Below, in pieces: positions 17,451-25,494 of a DNA stretch of 64,000 nt. The notes beneath the pieces are model-generated. The model was not told the DNA's origin. It saw only the letters and a list, made by a program, of their open reading frames with translations, and made no database searches. The stretch spans positions 1 to 64,000 of the forward strand of contig JAZKFH010000022.1 in NCBI GenBank assembly GCA_040386535.1. Reading direction: 5' to 3'. Position 1 is the stretch's first letter; each line of letters begins with the position of its first letter. The translations under genes were made by a program, and so were the position numbers. The stretch comes from Myxococcota bacterium. Lineage in GTDB: Bacteria > Myxococcota_A > UBA796 > SXON01.

Positions 17451-19065
17451 TAGCTTCGATGGTCAGGCGAGCGAATCGGGGCCCAGGAAGCCTGCCCTCC
17501 ACGTATTCCTTTCCCTGGGCCTCGTTAATCATTCGGTGACCTACACCGAGGGCCTGGCAGCCCTCGACGACTTGCGTGAGTTTTTCGACGGTGGCGTGGT
17601 CGAGTTGCAAAAGCATAGCGCCCTGCCGGCTTGTCTTCACCTGCTTGGCACGTTGAAGTTGACGCATCAATTGAAGCTTCACCTCCTCATCACCGAGGAT
17701 GTGTTGAAACAACAGGCAGGGAGTGGGGCGGCGCCCATCGACATGTTCCGGCAAGACCTACCGCCATGGGCCCAGCCAAGCGTCCCAACCAACGCCGAAC
17801 TAGGGGTAAAGGAGAAGCTTCTCCCCGACGCTCGGGACCCTCAAAGCATCTGGACGGTCGTGGGTCGCGTCCTTGAGCGCTCCGTGGTCCACGATGGCGA
17901 CATGGTGTGGCTTGAGACGACGGGGGGCCTTCGGTCCATCACGACGGGTCTTCAGCTCGCTGCGGTGCTGCTGGTGAGCCTTCGTCCCCAGGTCCGCGTC
18001 GTCGCGGCTACCTACGCCGAGGTTCCCCCGGGCACCGGACGCGGTACCATCTACAATCTGCTCTCTTTCTTTCAGGTCGCGAGTCAGGCGCCCGCCGTGG
18101 CCGCCCTGCGCTATCGTATCGACCCGAGGCCTCTTGTCGCCTACCTCACAGCACACTTCACAACGGAGTCCAGCCTCCGCCTCGCCGAAGGACTGCGACC
18201 CGTTTCAGACGCGATCGACATGGGCTGGCCTGGCACGCTCGCCGATGCGCTCGGCGTTTTGGAGCCCATACTCGATGCCCCTGCCAGCGACGGACGCGAC
18301 CACCTCTGGACGATCACGGCCGACCTGCTCCGGCCGCTGATCAGTAGTCGCCCGCGGACAAGCACGGGCGAGGTTGACGAGGCCAGCCTGCGGTACGAGC
18401 TCGAGTTGATCGACCGCCTGGTCCAGGCGGACCGCCATGCGGACGCGCTTCGCCTCCTCCGTGAAACGCTGGTCACGCTGATGGCGCTCGCGCTTCACCG
18501 CTCCGCAGGCAAATCCGTTCCGCTGCTCGCGGCCCACACGCGGCCTGCCCGTCTCGAGGCGGAGCGTGCCTGGTTTCGCGACCCAACGGTCTGGGGTGTT
18601 CGGTGGAAGGCAGTCAGAGATGTTCGGAACGCTATTTCACATGCTGGAGCGACGGACAAGCCAATCACCGCCGACAACGTCCGAGAAATCGTGTCCCAGG
18701 AGTGGGTTGTGGAGCTCTCGGCGAAGCTTGAGAGTAAGGATTGGTGGCAGCACTTGACCCGGGTCAGAACTGCAGTGTCGGCGATGTGGCTCGTCGACAA
18801 CACGTGCGGTTCGGGGATGCCCCCGCCGACGCCATACGGCAGTCGAACGGAGCTCTCTCCCCTCGAGGAGGGCGCCAAGGTCAGTCCCGGCTGGGCGGAG
18901 AAGACCTTCAAGAAGCAGTGCAAGATCGGGGTGCCCGTAAGGGTCTGGCTCACCGTTCACCCGGTTCGCGCCGCGGGGCTCGCCGCCGAGTGTCATGAGT
19001 TCGGCATCCCTGTCTACTCCTGGGACGGTGTCCACGCCGTCGTGTTTCCCTCTCCGTACAAGTGA
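17434..19065 (+). CDS. csx1: Csx1-like CARF-HEPN ribonuclease (cOA effector) with an extra C-terminal domain
   Basis: CARF-type VFLSLG...LLITE...WLETTGGLRS; HEPN RxxxxH motif RNAISH; lies directly after cmr6. Confidence 0.78.
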   Translation: MTGSDNSFDGQASESGPRKPALHVFLSLGLVNHSVTYTEGLAALDDLREFFDGGVVELQKHSALPACLHLLGTLKLTHQLKLHLLITEDVLKQQAGSGAAPIDMFRQDLPPWAQPSVPTNAELGVKEKLLPDARDPQSIWTVVGRVLERSVVHDGDMVWLETTGGLRSITTGLQLAAVLLVSLRPQVRVVAATYAEVPPGTGRGTIYNLLSFFQVASQAPAVAALRYRIDPRPLVAYLTAHFTTESSLRLAEGLRPVSDAIDMGWPGTLADALGVLEPILDAPASDGRDHLWTITADLLRPLISSRPRTSTGEVDEASLRYELELIDRLVQADRHADALRLLRETLVTLMALALHRSAGKSVPLLAAHTRPARLEAERAWFRDPTVWGVRWKAVRDVRNAISHAGATDKPITADNVREIVSQEWVVELSAKLESKDWWQHLTRVRTAVSAMWLVDNTCGSGMPPPTPYGSRTELSPLEEGAKVSPGWAEKTFKKQCKIGVPVRVWLTVHPVRAAGLAAECHEFGIPVYSWDGVHAVVFPSPYK

Positions 19066-19082
19066 GCCCCCGAGGCCCCCGA

Positions 19083-20168
19083 ATGCCCCACGTCCTCGTA
19101 ACCCTCGTCGGCGAAAACCCCGCCAGCGCCCTGATCGCAGCGCGCCACTTCCCCGTCGACGAGGTCGTGCTGCTCTGCACCGACCGCACCGCCGCGATTG
19201 CCCGGGTACTCGAGGCGCAGCTCGGTGTCCCCGTCGTTACGCACACCTGGTCGAACAACCCCACTTGGCGCCAGGTGCAGGACGAGGTGGTGAAGGTCGT
19301 GGATCCGCAGCCCGATGATGAAGTCCTGCTCGACATTACCGGCGCTACGAAGCCGATGGCCCTGGGCGCCTGGTCGGGCCTCCGCGCTGCGATCGGCGAC
19401 AGGTTGCGACTCGTGTATCTCCAGCCTGACGGCCGGCTGGAGGACGGCGACTCGGGGAATGTCATCGACGCCCGTGTGGTGATCAAGGGAAAGGAATTCG
19501 TGTCATGGAAGAGGCACGGCGCGGTGCTGAAGGACTCCGCGTGGACCGGTCCGCTGTCCAGCGCGGCGGCCTCGTTCGGGGAGCGGGGAACGCTGGCGCG
19601 CGTGCTGGCAGACAAGTTCGGGAGGGACCCCGGGTTCGCGACGGCCTCACACGAGGCGCGTTTGGACGGGCGATGCCCCGATCTCGGGCAGTCAGCCCCG
19701 CGGGGCTTCACCCGTGAAAAGGGCTACCTCTGCGAAGCCAAGGAAGACAGGTTCTTCAAACTCAACGGTTGGCTCGAAGAGCTCTGTCTCTGGCAGGCCT
19801 ACACGGCGCTCGACGTGGGAGAGCGGCTCGATGTGTGGGCGGATCTCTCGCTCGACGGAGGCACGGTGAATGGGAAGACGCTCGGCGAAATCGATGTCGC
19901 GCTGACGCGAGGCGCGCGACTCGTCGCGATCGAGGCCAAGACGCACGCGAGCGAGCGGATGTCGGGCACCGCCCAAGAGGCGGTGAGCCGGATGCGGGAG
20001 ACACTCGGGGGCTTCGCGCACCTTTTCATCGTCAATCCACGCTGGACGCCGGCCAGCATCCAAGCGCTCCAAATCCAATTCGGGCGCGGCGTAACACTGA
20101 TCGGCCAAGGCATGCTTGGCGCCCCGTTCCACGCCGCGATCCGCGCGGCACTGGGTTTCAACAAGTGA
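19083..20168 (+). CDS. Can2/Card1-like CARF + PD-(D/E)xK nuclease
   Basis: LVTLVGENP, LDITGATKPMALG (CARF); GWLEE...EIDV...IEAK (DUF1887-type nuclease). Confidence 0.88.
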   Translation: MPHVLVTLVGENPASALIAARHFPVDEVVLLCTDRTAAIARVLEAQLGVPVVTHTWSNNPTWRQVQDEVVKVVDPQPDDEVLLDITGATKPMALGAWSGLRAAIGDRLRLVYLQPDGRLEDGDSGNVIDARVVIKGKEFVSWKRHGAVLKDSAWTGPLSSAAASFGERGTLARVLADKFGRDPGFATASHEARLDGRCPDLGQSAPRGFTREKGYLCEAKEDRFFKLNGWLEELCLWQAYTALDVGERLDVWADLSLDGGTVNGKTLGEIDVALTRGARLVAIEAKTHASERMSGTAQEAVSRMRETLGGFAHLFIVNPRWTPASIQALQIQFGRGVTLIGQGMLGAPFHAAIRAALGFNK

Positions 20169-20494
20169 CCTTCCTCTGCAACGCCTTCAGCCTGAACATG
20201 CTCGGCCCTGCCACCGCCGCCGACCTCCAAGTACGACGTATCGAGCTCGGAGATGCAAGAGCCCTCGCGGTCGACGCCCGCTCCGCCGTCGGCCACGCCG
20301 AAACCGCCACGGTCCTCGCCGATCTGCTCGGTCGCCCGGTAGAAACCGCGCGTGTCACGCTCGAATTGGCACCCGGCGACTCCGTGCTGGTGGGCCAGTA
20401 CATCGGCCCCCGCCTGATCGAAGGCGCCGTGTCACTCCCCATCGGCGCGAGGGTCGATTGGTTCCACGTCTCCTGGCCCGCCCCCCCTCAATAG
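20165..20494 (+). CDS. crn2: Crn2/AcrIII-1 (DUF1874, STIV B116 family) cA4 ring nuclease
   Basis: NAFSLNML, SAVGHAETA (catalytic GH) and PRLIEG motifs; GTGA overlap with the Card1-like stop; 109 aa. Confidence 0.9.
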   Translation: MTFLCNAFSLNMLGPATAADLQVRRIELGDARALAVDARSAVGHAETATVLADLLGRPVETARVTLELAPGDSVLVGQYIGPRLIEGAVSLPIGARVDWFHVSWPAPPQ

Positions 20495-22125
20495 GGAAAC
20501 AAATCCAGCTTCCTATCGGCGGAAATCCTGGCACATCGATCCAACACCCGCCTGTCCTGCGCGGACATCTCCACCAACCCAGACTCGTCTCCCCTATCCG
20601 CCAACGCCAACTGATACGAAAATAGCCCATCCCCGTCGACCAACGAAAGCGCCTTCAACGCCTCCAGCGGGCCCCCCGTCACCCTCGCCAGCAACCGCAG
20701 CCGCGAAGCCTTGACATGCACGTACGTCTCGTCCCAAAGCGCGGCCCCCGCAGCTAACGCCTCCAACGCCAGCGCCGAATCCCCACGCACTGCGTACGCC
20801 CGCCCAATCGCAAGCTGCAAAAACGTGCGTGCGTGCTCGCTCGTTCGCGGGTGGTCAGCGCAGCGGGCCGCCTGTCGCACCGCGTGGCCCAACCGCGTGG
20901 CATCACCCGAAAGCCCCCCAATCCGCACCAGCTCGCAGATCGGGTAGGAGGCCTCGGCGGGCTCCTCCAGGTCGAACCACGCATCGATCGCGCGGGTGAG
21001 CAGCGGCGCCGCGGCATCCCACTCACCCCAGGCCGCATACAAACGCCCCACCGCGCCGAGCACCTTGAGATCCCCGGGATGCTCCTCGCCTGGGAGAGCC
21101 ACGTCCGCGAGCGCCTCTTCGGCCACTTGGCGCCAACCGGGCTCGACAGCATCGTTGTGCGCTTGCACACGGTGGGCCGACAGTTGCAAGCGATGGGGCC
21201 GGCGCGGGCGGAATCCAACGGGTAACTCGGGCAACAAGAGAGGCTCCCCGTCGTGCCGGCTGGCGATCGCGTTCGCGACCTTGGTCCGCCACAGGTCCTC
21301 CCCTTGTTGCACGCACGTCTCAAGCTCCGCCGTCGCGCGCTTCACCGCCCCCCACCGCAGCGGCGAGAACGGCTCCCGGAGAACCAGGCGATAGAAGCCG
21401 CTCGCGGCCTCGGCGGCGCCTCGCGGATCGGCCTTCCACGCGGCCACGAGCCCCGCGTCGAACCCTGGTTCAACGAACGCGACCGCCCACGCCTCGGCAA
21501 GATCGGCCACCGGCACGATCGTCACGCCCGGATGGGCCGGGACCACCTGGCGCTCCGCGACGAGCACCCGCTGTACTCCAGGCGCCCAGCGTCGCAATGC
21601 ATCGAGCTTCTCCGGGAGCAGTCCCACGGGATGCAGACGCCCGTCCGGCGTGATCTCCGCGGTCGCCGCGAGGTCTTCGGCGATGGGAACGCCCGCGGCA
21701 CGAGACAGATGGAGGAGCGCGAACGCGAGGCCGACCGAGGGGCCGTCCACGTCCCGGACATCGCTCAAGGGGCGCAGCGCGGTCAGCCGCGGGGGCGGCA
21801 GGGGGGCGAGCGCGCTCGGATCAGCGACCACGGGCAGGGCGCGCGCGGCCACGCGTCCCGCGAGGCTCCAGGCGCTCCGGGCATGCTCGGAGAGCTCGAC
21901 CGAGCGCTCGTCTCCAGGCCGCGCGAGGCGCCAGAGCGAGCCTTCGGTGCCGGTCGCCGCGAGAATCAGCGGATCGCCCACCCGCGCCAAGGGGATCGCC
22001 ACGCGCAGGCGCGCGAGCTCTGCCTGTACGCCCACGCCCAGGGCCCCGACATGCGAACACACGAGCTCGAGGTGCGCCCGCCGCATCACGTCGAGTCGCG
22101 ACTGGAGGAGGGGCCAGAGGCTCAC
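20488..22125 (-). CDS. Lon (S16) protease domain fused to a C-terminal TPR-like region; no AAA+ or SAVED domain recognised
   Basis: VDGPSVGLA (catalytic Ser), AATAEITPDGRLHPVGLLPEK (catalytic Lys); helical TPR-like segments such as LGAVGRLYAAWGEWDAAAPLLTRA; GTGA overlap start. Confidence 0.85.
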   Translation of the reverse strand: MSLWPLLQSRLDVMRRAHLELVCSHVGALGVGVQAELARLRVAIPLARVGDPLILAATGTEGSLWRLARPGDERSVELSEHARSAWSLAGRVAARALPVVADPSALAPLPPPRLTALRPLSDVRDVDGPSVGLAFALLHLSRAAGVPIAEDLAATAEITPDGRLHPVGLLPEKLDALRRWAPGVQRVLVAERQVVPAHPGVTIVPVADLAEAWAVAFVEPGFDAGLVAAWKADPRGAAEAASGFYRLVLREPFSPLRWGAVKRATAELETCVQQGEDLWRTKVANAIASRHDGEPLLLPELPVGFRPRRPHRLQLSAHRVQAHNDAVEPGWRQVAEEALADVALPGEEHPGDLKVLGAVGRLYAAWGEWDAAAPLLTRAIDAWFDLEEPAEASYPICELVRIGGLSGDATRLGHAVRQAARCADHPRTSEHARTFLQLAIGRAYAVRGDSALALEALAAGAALWDETYVHVKASRLRLLARVTGGPLEALKALSLVDGDGLFSYQLALADRGDESGLVEMSAQDRRVLDRCARISADRKLDLFPY

Positions 22126-23093
22126 GCGCCGACCCACCAGGCATCGGGCTCCTGCCAGGCAACGGCGTTCCAGCGATCCGCCTCCGGATCGTCGGCCAGC
22201 GACGGGAGCAGATCGGCGAGCGCGCTCAAGTGCTCGTTCGCGACCGCATCGGCGGTAGCGAGCGCGTCCGCGAGGCGGTCACCGGCGCCGACCAGCCTCA
22301 ACACGCGCCGCACCGACTGGAGATCGTCGCGATCGAGGACGATCGCGGTCATCTCGTCCGTGGCGTTGCCCGCGGACAGGCTGCCGACCTCCGCGATCCG
22401 CTCGGACAGCCTCCATGCACGGCGCACGGCGACGGACTCCGCCTCATCGAGCACCGCGGGCTCGACCGCCCGCGCCCAGGCGCGCGCGAGGTCCCGCGGG
22501 TGGGCGGGCGGAGCAGCGCCCTCGGGGGGGGTCCAGAGGCGAGCCAGGAGGCCCACTGCCGCCATCCGGTCGACCGACGAGGGTGCGTCCGCGTGTTGAG
22601 CCGCAGCCGCCGCGAGCCAGGGCTCAGCGCCGATCCGGGAGGCCCAGCCCCGAAGGTCGGGTGCGTCGACCAGGGGCGGGGGCAGGGGCAGGTCCGGCAG
22701 GTCCGCCAGCGCGTCCACGACACCGTACGTATCGATGCTGTCACTCCGCGCGTCGACGATCCAGGTCTGGCCGAGGTCATCAGATACGCGTAAGACGACC
22801 CGCCGCTCGCGGGTGTCGAACCCCACGAGCTGCTCGCCATGCACCGGAGCTCCAGCGAGGACCTCGAGCGAGTACTCCGATGGCACCGCGATGAACCCCT
22901 TTGCGCGGTACACGGGCGCATCCCCCGCGCCGACGGGGCCCCAGGCCGTGAGGAGGGCGAGCAGGGCGACGAGGTCGGGCAGCCCGGCGCCCTGTGCCGT
23001 GGCTTCGGGGGGAGGGTGAACGGACTCCACGGCGCGGAGCGAATCCGCGTCAGGGAGCCCGAGCAGCATGAGCAGCTCGCGATCAACGGGCAT
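22122..23093 (-). CDS. Hypothetical acidic protein, putative anti-sigma factor / protease substrate
   Basis: Translationally coupled between the sigma-like and Lon genes. N-terminal beta-rich part, Pro linker, helical C-terminus ending RDDL...EPDAWW. The function is inferred from context only. Confidence 0.6.
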   Translation of the reverse strand: MPVDRELLMLLGLPDADSLRAVESVHPPPEATAQGAGLPDLVALLALLTAWGPVGAGDAPVYRAKGFIAVPSEYSLEVLAGAPVHGEQLVGFDTRERRVVLRVSDDLGQTWIVDARSDSIDTYGVVDALADLPDLPLPPPLVDAPDLRGWASRIGAEPWLAAAAAQHADAPSSVDRMAAVGLLARLWTPPEGAAPPAHPRDLARAWARAVEPAVLDEAESVAVRRAWRLSERIAEVGSLSAGNATDEMTAIVLDRDDLQSVRRVLRLVGAGDRLADALATADAVANEHLSALADLLPSLADDPEADRWNAVAWQEPDAWWVGA

Positions 23094-23811
23094 CGTTTTT
23101 TCCTTCTGCTGCGGAGACGCGCGGGGTGGCGCGATCCTGACGCCTCTTGAGCCGGCCGAGCGCCCTACGCACGGCCTCCCCGGTCTCGGGGTCGATCTCT
23201 TTCTTCTCGATGAGCCATTCGAGCGCCGCCGCCAACGTGCCGCGCGCGCGCTGGTGGGACTTGTGGGCGCGCTGCACGGCCTTGCCGACGGCGAGGAGGT
23301 CGGTGGGGTTCAGGCCATCGTCCTCGCAGACGATCTCGCGCAGGGTGCGCGGCTCGGTGTTCAGGGCGCGCATCTGGGCCAGCGCTCGCTGGAGCGGCTC
23401 GCGGTGTTCGAGCCGCATGGTGACGGCGCGCTCGAACACCCGTTCGATCGCCGCGACGAGCTCGGTCCCGAACGGCTCGGGGGAGAGCCGATCGGCCTCC
23501 GCCTGCTCCTTTGCCTTCAACGCCTCCCGCTCCGTCAGGCGCGCGTCGCGCTCCGCCTTTCGCACGGCGTCCCGCACCTTCCAGCGGAGGGCGGTGGCGA
23601 AGTAGGCGACTGGAGCGTCGACCTCGGGAAAGTCGCCGGACAGGAGCTGGTCCTCCAGCTTCCCGCGGACCGCCGCGAGGGCTGGCTCGCGGTAGCGGCC
23701 CTCTTTTGTCTCCCGCGCCGCGAGCCTCTGAAGAAGACGGTCGATCTCCGCCCACGCCTGCGCGTCGTCAGGGGCGACGCGCAGCCGATCCAGGGCTTCC
23801 TTGGGGGTCAT
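23083..23811 (-). CDS. ECF sigma-70-like factor
   Basis: DAQAWAEI (pre-sigma2), YFATALRWKVRDAVRK (region 2.3/2.4-like), TLREI...VQRAHKSHQRARGTL (sigma4 HTH-like); 242 aa; ATGA overlap. Confidence 0.72.
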   Translation of the reverse strand: MTPKEALDRLRVAPDDAQAWAEIDRLLQRLAARETKEGRYREPALAAVRGKLEDQLLSGDFPEVDAPVAYFATALRWKVRDAVRKAERDARLTEREALKAKEQAEADRLSPEPFGTELVAAIERVFERAVTMRLEHREPLQRALAQMRALNTEPRTLREIVCEDDGLNPTDLLAVGKAVQRAHKSHQRARGTLAAALEWLIEKKEIDPETGEAVRRALGRLKRRQDRATPRVSAAEGKNDAR

Positions 23812-24926
23812 GGCCACCTCCCCGCCGTGTCGGACCATTCGCGCGCCTGGTCCCAGCCCCAGGCCGGGCCCCCCGGCGCGGCGTGGCGAGGCGTGCCGCC
23901 GGAGAGCGCCGTGCGCACGGAGTCTTCGGGGCCGCCGGCCACGGCGAAGGTGGGCAGCGCCCCGAGGGCCGGCGCGCGCGAGGGGTCCCGGCGCATCAAG
24001 GCGCGGCCGAGCAGCAGATCCTTCGCCAGCGTGGCCTCCAAGGCCGGATATCTCCCTCCGTACCACCCGGCCGCCGCCCGGAGCTTGTTTGCCAGCCAGT
24101 CCGCGAGGACATGCAGCGGATGAAGGGGATCGCCCTGGTCCGCGTGGTCCCGATACCGCTGCCTGCCGCCACCCGCCCGCAGTCGGACAGGGCTCCGAGT
24201 GACCGCCGCCGCCTGCTCAAGCAGCGGGCGCAGCAGAAACCCCTGCATGTCTACCTCCTTCCCCAGCCCGCCGGCCTCGACGTGGCGCGTGAGGGGGAAA
24301 CACTCGGCGTCATGCGCGCCCGCGAGCCGACTCACGCGCTCGATCACCACGCTGAGCGCGCGCACGTAGGCGTCCTCCCGCACCTGGAGCGGCGCGGGGG
24401 CGGGTCCGGGGGGGCCGTCGTCCGCGAGCGCCGCCACCACCATCCCGCCCGATCGGCTGCACACCAGCTGGACCAGCCGGCCCATGTCCGTGTCCTGGTG
24501 CTCCGCGACGGCCCGAACCGTGCGATAGGCCAACTCACGATGAAGGATGGCGTCCGCGGCCTCGCAGTCGTTGCGGGTGGGAAATTCGCCGCCGCGGATC
24601 GCCTCGAGCCGCGCGCGCATCGTGGAGCGCTCCAGCGTGGCCGTCAGCTCTCGAATCGCCGGCTCGAGCTGGGCGGCGTAGCGCCCGGGGGGCATGTCCC
24701 GCGTGTGGGTCCGCGCCGCATAGAGCACGCGCGAAGCGGGGATGTTGCGATGCGACGCGTGCGGCGGCCACGGGCCCGGGCCGCAGATGTCCGTGAGGAC
24801 CGCCCGCAGGCGCCCGCAGGCGTAGGCGTCCGCGCGGCCCACCACCAGGATGCCGGCGACGACCGACGGGTCCCCGCCTTCAAACTTTCCCGACTCATCG
24901 ATGAACAGCGACCAGCACGTCGGCAT
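23808..24926 (-). CDS. DUF3800-like (RNase H-fold) protein
   Basis: N-terminal LFIDESG...VVAGILV and C-terminal LHVLADWLAN; purine-rich RBS upstream. Confidence 0.72.
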   Translation of the reverse strand: MPTCWSLFIDESGKFEGGDPSVVAGILVVGRADAYACGRLRAVLTDICGPGPWPPHASHRNIPASRVLYAARTHTRDMPPGRYAAQLEPAIRELTATLERSTMRARLEAIRGGEFPTRNDCEAADAILHRELAYRTVRAVAEHQDTDMGRLVQLVCSRSGGMVVAALADDGPPGPAPAPLQVREDAYVRALSVVIERVSRLAGAHDAECFPLTRHVEAGGLGKEVDMQGFLLRPLLEQAAAVTRSPVRLRAGGGRQRYRDHADQGDPLHPLHVLADWLANKLRAAAGWYGGRYPALEATLAKDLLLGRALMRRDPSRAPALGALPTFAVAGGPEDSVRTALSGGTPRHAAPGGPAWGWDQAREWSDTAGRWP

Positions 24927-25208
24927 CCGTCCCCCTGTTTGGCGTCGGGAGTGTAGGGGGAATCGGCGGCGGCGGCAAGGATCGGCCCTCCCCCCTGTCC
25001 GCTCCTCCCCACTCCCAACGTCCCCCCTGATGCACAATGCATCGCAACGGAGAGACTATAGTAGTGAAGAGCACCGGGCGCCCGCAAGGCGTCGGGACCG
25101 GGCACCCTGCGGCGGCGAGCGCAAAGAGCAGCGCCGCCAGCCCACCGCGCGGAGCGGATCCTTCCAGCCGACCACGGGCTCGCCGCGCTCGGAACGCTGC
25201 GCAGCGAC

Positions 25209-25400
25209 GTGTCGGGCGTCGACGGCACCACCGTGCGCACGCCGCTTCAACACCGCAACGCCATCGCGCACGGCAAGACCTGGGAGCTCCGGCGGATCGA
25301 CGCCGACGCGGTGCGCCAGGTGCTCACTGTTGGTCGGGGGACGGTGTTGTCGATCGTGACGGCGGTTGCGTCAAAAGCTCATTCGGGTGGAGCCTCACGC
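25209..25400 (+). pseudogene. Possible HEPN-domain gene remnant
   Basis: Short frame containing HRNAIAHG; in-frame stops shortly upstream, and no clean end before the dynamin start. Confidence 0.35.
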
Positions 25401-25494
25401 GGGCTGAGGGAATGCACTGCCGCGATTTTCTCACCTCTCTGGTGTCCGGTATTCGACCCGCATGGCGTAGAAAGGGGTACATCCCCCGGAACCT

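Noticed and set aside
19769..20164. Apparent 241-aa ORF containing Crn2
   Set aside because: The first 132 codons overlap the Card1-like gene out of frame; the real start is most likely GTG 20165.
20488..21450. Calling the Lon gene calpL
   Set aside because: The C-terminal half looks TPR-like and I see no SAVED motifs, so the symbol was withheld.
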